Below are positions 57,222 through 62,732 of a stretch of 62,732 nt of DNA, one piece after another; positions within the stretch are counted from its first letter, which is position 1, and every line of letters begins with the position of its first letter. The position numbers and the translations under genes are program-made. This DNA is from Rhodothermales bacterium (lineage in GTDB: Bacteria > Bacteroidota > Rhodothermia > Rhodothermales > JAHQVL01): assembly GCA_034439735.1 (NCBI GenBank), contig JAWXAX010000167.1, forward strand, positions 1 to 62,732, in the 5' to 3' direction. The notes below the pieces were generated by a model. It was given only the letters and a program-made list of their open reading frames with translations. It made no database searches and was not told the origin of the DNA.

Positions 57222-57995
57222 CTGATTCGCCTTCTGATCGTCGATGACTCTTCGTTCATGCGAACGACCCTCAGCCAGTTGCTCGACGCCGAGCCGGACA
57301 TCACCGTGGTGGGTACCGCAAGGGACGGCGTGGAGGCGCTGGAACAGGCGCGTGTGCTCAAACCGGATGCATCACCATGGATGTGAGGATGCCGAACATG
57401 GACGGCATCTCGGCGGTCCAGCAGATCATGAGCGCGCACCCGTGTCCGATCCTCATGTTCAGCTCGCTGATGCAGGAAGGCGCCGAGACCACGCTGAAAG
57501 CCCTCAACGCCGGCGCGATCGGCTTCATCACCAAAGAGCGCTCGTTTGTGCGTGCGAGCGGGGCGATATCGTCCGGACCTGGTCACCAAGATCAAGTCCA
57601 TCCACAGCGCCCGCTCCGGCATCTTTCACAGCGCCCGCCCGGCGGGGGCCACGGCGACGGCACCCCCGGGCGTCCCGTTTTCAGGGGCCGACCTCGTCGT
57701 ACTCGGCATCTCCACAGGTGGCCCGCTTTCCCTACAGAAGGTGATTCCGCTGCTGCCAGCGCATTTCCCCTTGCCCATCATCATCGTGCAGCACATGCCG
57801 CCCAAGTTCACCAAGACCCTGGCCGACAGCCTGAATGCGCAAAGCGCGATCAGCGTCGTCGAGGGCGTCGACGGCATGGCGCTGCGGCCCGGGACCGTGT
57901 GCATCGCCCCGGGAGGCAACGACAGCATCGTGGTTCGCAGCGGCGGGCAGATGCAGCTTCAGGTACTGAAGCCCATGAGCGCCTCGCGACGTTAA
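57222..57995 (+). pseudogene. cheB: cheB remnant: non-ATG start, two frameshifts, 3' truncation
   Basis: [13 protein letters not shown]...[11 protein letters not shown]...GFITK and GISTGGP...IVQHMP...IAPGG lie in different frames; RPSVD and GxDG region absent. Confidence 0.85.
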
Positions 57996-58018
57996 CATTC
58001 TCTTTTCGACGCCGATAC
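57992..58018 (+). promoter_or_regulatory. Sigma28-type promoter of motAB
   Basis: TTAA-N15-GCCGATAC. Confidence 0.65.
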
Positions 58019-58126
58019 CCCGAACAGCCCGGCCAGCGGTCCCAACCGGGAGGAACGCAGTGCTGAAGGCGTCAGGATCGAACCCGTACTGTCTGGTCAC
58101 GATGGCATTCTCACGAACGTAGCACC

Positions 58127-58912
58127 ATGGAAAAATCAACGATCGCCGGTATCGGCGCGGGGCTTGTGCTCGTCTACGGGGCCATTTTCATGGGCACGGG
58201 ATGGATCACCTTCTTCGATCCCGCCTCCTTCATGCTTGTGCTTGGTGGCGCCACCGCCGGCATGATGGTGAACTTCACGTTCGACCAGTTGAAGACCGTG
58301 CCGGCCGCGTTTAAAGACTTCCTCTCGTTCTCCGTCCCCCCCATGGGCAAGTACATCGAGGAGTTCGGCGAGCTCTCGCGTATCGCGCGCCGGGAAGGGC
58401 TGCTGGCGCTCGACCGCCGGCTCGAGGAAATCCAGGACCCCTTCTTGAAATTCGGTCTGGAGATGGCGGTCGACGGCATCGACGAGCGCGAGATCGACGA
58501 GATGATGCAGGCCAACCTGCAGACCGAGCTGAACGAACGCTCCTTCTCGGTCAAGATGTTTACAGCCTTTGGGGCCAACGCGCCGGCCTTCGGCATGATC
58601 GGGACGCTCATCGGCCTCATCCAGATGATGGGCAACCTTTCGGATCCCTCGCAGATCGGCGCCGGCATGGCCGTGGCTCTTGTGACGACCTTCCTGGGCT
58701 CGCTCTTCGCCAACTTGATGTTCCTGCCCATCGCCGAAAAACGCAAGCTCCAGGTGGCCGCCCTGCTCCGCCAGCGCGAACTGGTCCGGACCGGTGTGCT
58801 CGCCATCGTCCGCGGCGACAGCCCCAGCATGATCCAGAAACGGCTCCAGCTGCTGCTGACCTCGGCCGAACGCAGCTCCGTCGCCACCCCGGTCCAGGCG
58901 GAAGAAGTGTAG
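58127..58912 (+). CDS. motA: Stator subunit MotA (PomA/MotP-like)
   Basis: ARREGLLALD, APAFGMIGTLIGLI, MAVALVTTFLG. Confidence 0.93.
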   Translation: MEKSTIAGIGAGLVLVYGAIFMGTGWITFFDPASFMLVLGGATAGMMVNFTFDQLKTVPAAFKDFLSFSVPPMGKYIEEFGELSRIARREGLLALDRRLEEIQDPFLKFGLEMAVDGIDEREIDEMMQANLQTELNERSFSVKMFTAFGANAPAFGMIGTLIGLIQMMGNLSDPSQIGAGMAVALVTTFLGSLFANLMFLPIAEKRKLQVAALLRQRELVRTGVLAIVRGDSPSMIQKRLQLLLTSAERSSVATPVQAEEV

Positions 58913-58915
58913 GGC

Positions 58916-58975
58916 TGGTCGATGGTCGATGGTTCCATCACCAATCGCTACTCGCTAATCGCTACTCGCTAATCC
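58916..58975. repeat. Heptamer arrays (TGGTCGA; TCGCTA(A/C)) in the motA-motB gap
   Basis: tggtcga tggtcga tggtt ccatc acc aa tcgctac tcgctaa tcgctac tcgctaa. Confidence 0.7.
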
Positions 58976-58976
58976 A

Positions 58977-59714
58977 ATGGCCAAGATAGAAGAAGAACCC
59001 GCCCCATCCGCCCCGTTCTGGCTGGTGACCTATGGGGACATGGTGACGCTGCTGCTGACGTTTTTCGTGATGATCGTCGCCATGTCCGAGATCAAGAAGG
59101 ATAAGATGATGGAGGCGATGAGTTACTTCAATGGGCGAAACAGCGTGTTTAATAACGCCCAGCCGGTGCCGGTCATCCCCCAGAAGGATCCTAAAGAGAT
59201 TGAGGAGGAGAAACGCGAACAGGCGGATCGGGTGGAGGCGCTAATTGACTTCATAGAGACGGAAGGGTTGCAAGGGAGCGTCCAGGTGAACTACGAAGAG
59301 TCGACCGTGCACATCGTGATCACCGACTCGGTCATGTTTTCCTCCGGCAGCTCGCAACTGCTGGGCACGGCGCAGCGGGTGCTGGCCAAAGTTGCGGGGG
59401 TGGCCGCGGATACCAGCAACACGCTTACGGTGATCGGGCACACGGATAACATTCCGATTCGCACGTCCGCCTTCCCGTCCAACTGGGAGCTTTCGGCGTC
59501 CCGCGCGGCGTCCGTGGTTCGGTTCTTGCTGACGCAGTCCTCAGCCCTGCCGGCGGACCATTATCAGGCCATCGGAAGGGGTGAATTCCAGCCTGTGGCC
59601 ACCAACCGAACCCCGGATGGCCGTAGCCGGAATCGTCGCATCGAACTCCTAATTAGTTTGAACCAATGGCAGAATCAGACGCAGCAAAAGGAGCGGGAGG
59701 TACTGACCCCATAG
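58977..59714 (+). CDS. motB: Stator subunit MotB (OmpA-like domain)
   Basis: WLVTYGDMVTLLLTFFVM, GHTDN, SNWELSASRA, NRRIE. Confidence 0.93.
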   Translation: MAKIEEEPAPSAPFWLVTYGDMVTLLLTFFVMIVAMSEIKKDKMMEAMSYFNGRNSVFNNAQPVPVIPQKDPKEIEEEKREQADRVEALIDFIETEGLQGSVQVNYEESTVHIVITDSVMFSSGSSQLLGTAQRVLAKVAGVAADTSNTLTVIGHTDNIPIRTSAFPSNWELSASRAASVVRFLLTQSSALPADHYQAIGRGEFQPVATNRTPDGRSRNRRIELLISLNQWQNQTQQKEREVLTP

Positions 59715-60211
59715 CTGGCGAAACGACCAAGGAAAAAGGAGGCGGGTTCCTGATGATCTTGTTGCCCATCCTGCTGGTATCCGCCGGCGGCGGCGCCTAT
59801 CTGTCGTACGCGAATTACCCGACCATCGCGCAGATGGTGTACAATTTCGGCATCGAAGAAGAGGGCTCGGCGGAAGAAGAGGCCGGCGGGGAGGATGCCG
59901 GGATCCAGTACGGCGAGTTTTTGGAGCTGACCGATATCATCGTCAACCCGGCCGACTCAAACGGCCGCCGGCTGCTGATGGTAAGCCTTGGCATCGAGTC
60001 CATCGAGCCCACGCTGCTCGAAAGCATCACTGCCCGCGAGATGGTCGTCCGCGACACCATCATCAAGATCCTGGGCCGGCGTACGGTGGAGGACCTGGCC
60101 GCCATCGAACAACGCAACGTCATCAAGGGCGAGTTGCTCCAGGCCGTGAATGGCGTCCTGACGGAAGGCCAGATCAGCCGGCTATATTTCACACAGTACG
60201 TCCTCCAGTAA
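59666..60211 (+). CDS. fliL: FliL
   Basis: TM segment, IIVNPAD, VRDTII, LYFTQYVLQ. Confidence 0.9.
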   Translation: MAESDAAKGAGGTDPIAGETTKEKGGGFLMILLPILLVSAGGGAYLSYANYPTIAQMVYNFGIEEEGSAEEEAGGEDAGIQYGEFLELTDIIVNPADSNGRRLLMVSLGIESIEPTLLESITAREMVVRDTIIKILGRRTVEDLAAIEQRNVIKGELLQAVNGVLTEGQISRLYFTQYVLQ

Positions 60212-60243
60212 CGCCCCCGGGCGAAGGCAAATCTCCGATACAC

Positions 60244-61266
60244 ATGTCCAAACTGCTCAATCAGAACGAGATCGATGCCCTCCTGGGCGTGAGCGATGAG
60301 AACGAGGCCAAAAATCTGGACCTCGACGAACTCAATTCACTCCTGCTTGCGGATCTTCACCGCAACGTCAGTCCCTACAATTTTAAACGTCCGCGTCTGT
60401 TCTCCCAGGATCAGATGCGTGTGATGAACCAGGTGCATGAGGCGTTCGCCCGCGACCTGTCGGTGTACCTCTCCGCGCAACTCCGCACCATCGTCGAGAT
60501 CACGCTGACCGCGATGGACCAGGTGCTCTACTCAGAGTTCGTGATGTCCAGCGCGCACCCGTCGGCGTTATTCGTCGTCGAGGTGGTGGACCGCGGACAG
60601 CAGTTGGTGTTCGAGATGGACCCGCGGCTCGTGATCTTCACGATCGAGAAGCTGTTCGGCGGGCCGGGTCGATTCCTGCGGAAGCCGCGGGAGACCTCGC
60701 AAATCGAGCAACGAATCATGAGCAAGGTGATGGCGCGCGCCTTCCAGGAGTTAGAGAAGGCGTGGTCGCAGGTGGCCGAGATGCAGTTCAAGGAAACGGC
60801 CTTCGAATCCAACGCCGAGTTCGTGCAGATCATCCCCGGCTCCGAGCCGGCGATCATCGGCACCTTCGAGGTGCGGGTCTACGAACACCACTCGTTCATG
60901 AACGTCTGTTACCCGTACATCATGCTCGAACGGGTGCTGGGACGCGCCGGCATGAAGCAATGGCTTACCAGCGCGACCTCTGAAGTGGGCAAAGACGTAC
61001 GCGACGAATACAACTTCACGCTCCGGACTATGGACGTGACCATGCGCGCCGAGCTGGGTAAAGCGACTCTGAGCATCACCGACCTGATGGGCCTGACGGA
61101 GGGAGATGTGATTTTACTTAAGAACAGAGCCGACGAGCCGATACAGGTATTCGTAGGAGAACTGCCAAAATTCAGGGCTAGCGCGGGCAAATCTGGCAAT
61201 CAGCGCGCGATCCGTGTCGTTGATGTTTTACCAACTGATTTATTAGGGACCAGTAATCATGACTGA
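60244..61266 (+). CDS. fliM: FliM
   Basis: LNQNEIDALL, YNFKRP, LFGGPG, AELGKA. Confidence 0.93.
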   Translation: MSKLLNQNEIDALLGVSDENEAKNLDLDELNSLLLADLHRNVSPYNFKRPRLFSQDQMRVMNQVHEAFARDLSVYLSAQLRTIVEITLTAMDQVLYSEFVMSSAHPSALFVVEVVDRGQQLVFEMDPRLVIFTIEKLFGGPGRFLRKPRETSQIEQRIMSKVMARAFQELEKAWSQVAEMQFKETAFESNAEFVQIIPGSEPAIIGTFEVRVYEHHSFMNVCYPYIMLERVLGRAGMKQWLTSATSEVGKDVRDEYNFTLRTMDVTMRAELGKATLSITDLMGLTEGDVILLKNRADEPIQVFVGELPKFRASAGKSGNQRAIRVVDVLPTDLLGTSNHD

Positions 61267-62158
61267 TTCGCAGATCCTGTCGCATTATGCCGATCAGGCT
61301 GCCGAAAGCCTGAGCGATTTTGTCGGCACTCTCCTCGGAAAAGAAGCGCTCGTGACAACCCGACCGCCGGCGCATGTGACGCCGGCCGATGTGTCGAGTG
61401 AGGCGGCGGCCCAGTATACGGTGCTCAGTAAAGGGACCGGGAATGAGGCGTTTGCGGTGCAGCTGCCGGCCGACTGGCTGGCGCCGTTCTCGCAGGCCAT
61501 GCTCGGCATCGAGCTCTCGCCCACCGATCCGGATTCGGCGGACCTCTTCGTCGAACTGGCCTCGCAGGCGTTCGGCGCGGTGCGCAACGTCCTCGGACGC
61601 AGCGTCTCCATCCCCGAGGTATACTTCGAGGCCCTCGCGCCGGGTGCGCCCGTGCCGGCGGACCGCCTGCAGGCGAACCTCGTCCGGATCCCCTTCGACC
61701 TCCGCACCGAGGCCGGCTCGTTCACCGGCAGCATCACGTTGTCCGACGCGATCCTTTCCGCATTACCCGTACCTCCTTCCGAAACTGCAGAAGTCGTCAT
61801 GCCAGGATCTCCGTCACCCGCTAAAAAGCCGCCTGTCGATGTCTCACAGGCCTCGTTCCCCGATCTGGGAAGAGAACGCATTGTCAACGAAGGCGGCGGT
61901 GGCAACTTCCAGATGCTCGCCGAAGTGGAGTTAAACGTCACGGTCGAACTCGGCCGGCGTAACATCCCGCTCTCCGATGTGCTCCGTCTGACGACAGGTA
62001 GCGTCATCGAGCTCGAAAAGCTGGTGGGCGAACCGTTGGAGATCTACGCCAACGGACGACTCATCGCCGAGGGGGAGGCCGTGGTGATCGACGAGCAGTT
62101 CGGCGTTCGCGTCACCAACCTGGCGGCGGCCCGTCAGCGCGCCGGCGCCTTTATGTAG
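61259..62158 (+). CDS. fliN: FliN/FliY-type switch protein (degenerate CheC-like N-domain plus SpoA domain)
   Basis: VTVELGR, GSVIELEKLVGEPLEIYANG, GEAVVIDEQFGVRVT. Confidence 0.88.
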   Translation: MTDSQILSHYADQAAESLSDFVGTLLGKEALVTTRPPAHVTPADVSSEAAAQYTVLSKGTGNEAFAVQLPADWLAPFSQAMLGIELSPTDPDSADLFVELASQAFGAVRNVLGRSVSIPEVYFEALAPGAPVPADRLQANLVRIPFDLRTEAGSFTGSITLSDAILSALPVPPSETAEVVMPGSPSPAKKPPVDVSQASFPDLGRERIVNEGGGGNFQMLAEVELNVTVELGRRNIPLSDVLRLTTGSVIELEKLVGEPLEIYANGRLIAEGEAVVIDEQFGVRVTNLAAARQRAGAFM

Positions 62159-62168
62159 GCGTGCCGGC

Positions 62169-62184
62169 TGGCACCGTATTCGCA
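62169..62184 (+). promoter_or_regulatory. Sigma54 promoter upstream of fliO
   Basis: TGGCAC-CGTAT-TCGCA. Confidence 0.65.
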
Positions 62185-62259
62185 ATCGGGTTCATGCCCG
62201 TCCAGCGCTTGCCCTTCGTGGCGGCGGCGCTTCACTTCGCATGAACAACGTGCCAGCCT

Positions 62260-62732
62260 GTGAGCAAATTCTTCCCCTTCACCCCCCCGCCCCCTACCAC
62301 GGCCTCGCCGTCGCAGGTAAATCGATCGGTCCTGAAGCGGATTATCTTTTTTGCCGCCGCCCTGCTGTTGCTCTGGGTGGCGCTGCAGCTCAAGCCGGCC
62401 CCCGGCCCGATCCGCGACACGTCCAGCCTCTACTCCGAAAACACCGGCGCGGCTGCCCCCGAAGCCGTAGCCGATGAACCCGCGCCGTTTCGGGTCGCCC
62501 CCCTCCTGACAGCCCTCGTGCTGGCCGCGTTGCTGGGATTCGCCTATTACCGCTACCGGCATACCGGAGCGGTCTCCGAGGCGTCTCACCCCATCGAACT
62601 CATCGCCCAGCAGTCCCTCGGGCCCGGCCAGGAACTGCGTATCGTGCGCTGCGCCGGCCCGACGCTCCTCCTCGGGGTGACGTCCAATCAGATCTCGCTC
62701 ATCGACCGCCTCCCCGCCGACCTCCCCGAAAC
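62260..62732 (+). CDS. fliO: FliO/FliZ, runs off the window end
   Basis: Own translation from GTG 62260: two hydrophobic segments, then IELIAQQSLGPGQELRIVRC and LLLGVTSNQISLI. Confidence 0.8.
   Translation, partial: MSKFFPFTPPPPTTASPSQVNRSVLKRIIFFAAALLLLWVALQLKPAPGPIRDTSSLYSENTGAAAPEAVADEPAPFRVAPLLTALVLAALLGFAYYRYRHTGAVSEASHPIELIAQQSLGPGQELRIVRCAGPTLLLGVTSNQISLIDRLPADLPE

Noticed and set aside
57360..57580. Programmed frameshifting or phase variation to rescue cheB
   Set aside because: No slippery heptamer or long homopolymer at either shift, and the catalytic C-terminus is missing anyway
59666..59714. 49-bp motB/fliL overlap
   Set aside because: Both proteins look complete; an ordinary short tail overlap

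Overview
GC-rich bacterial window. The flagellin N-terminus (AFGDLxRINTN), the frequent ACC-ATG starts without Shine-Dalgarno motifs and the gene order suggest a Rhodothermota/FCB-group organism; this is inference only. Positions 1-21 kb hold a glycosylation island. It contains a nonulosonic-acid pathway (NeuA-type cytidylyltransferase, CBS-fused aminotransferase, TIM-barrel protein, GNAT, and a NeuB-type synthase in frame with an upstream sulfotransferase domain), a methyltransferase and several TPR-bearing glycosyltransferases. Five unrelated genes interrupt the island. Positions 21-62.7 kb hold a nearly complete flagellar and chemotaxis supercluster: flgFGAHIJNKL, two short flagellins, fliS-fliD-fliT, flgM, a sigma54 activator, flgBC-fliEFGHIJ-motE-fliK-flgDE, cheW-R-Y-Z-A, a broken cheB, motAB, fliLMN and a partial fliO. 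Sigma54-type and sigma28-type promoter motifs can be read upstream of several units. The most unusual signals are: (1) the sulfotransferase-NeuB fusion inside a TPR-glycosyltransferase island with no recognisable Maf transferase; (2) inverted 7-8 bp tandem-repeat arrays at about ten gene junctions, one apparently encoding the FlgA signal peptide; (3) a nested repeat/MITE/REP element; (4) a cheB pseudogene cut exactly at the motA promoter; (5) a Na+-type stator with Met at the ion-selectivity position; (6) an FlgH with no cysteine and a C-terminal hydrophobic helix. No rRNA, tRNA, CRISPR array or transposase was seen. All calls come from reading motifs by eye; no database search was run.
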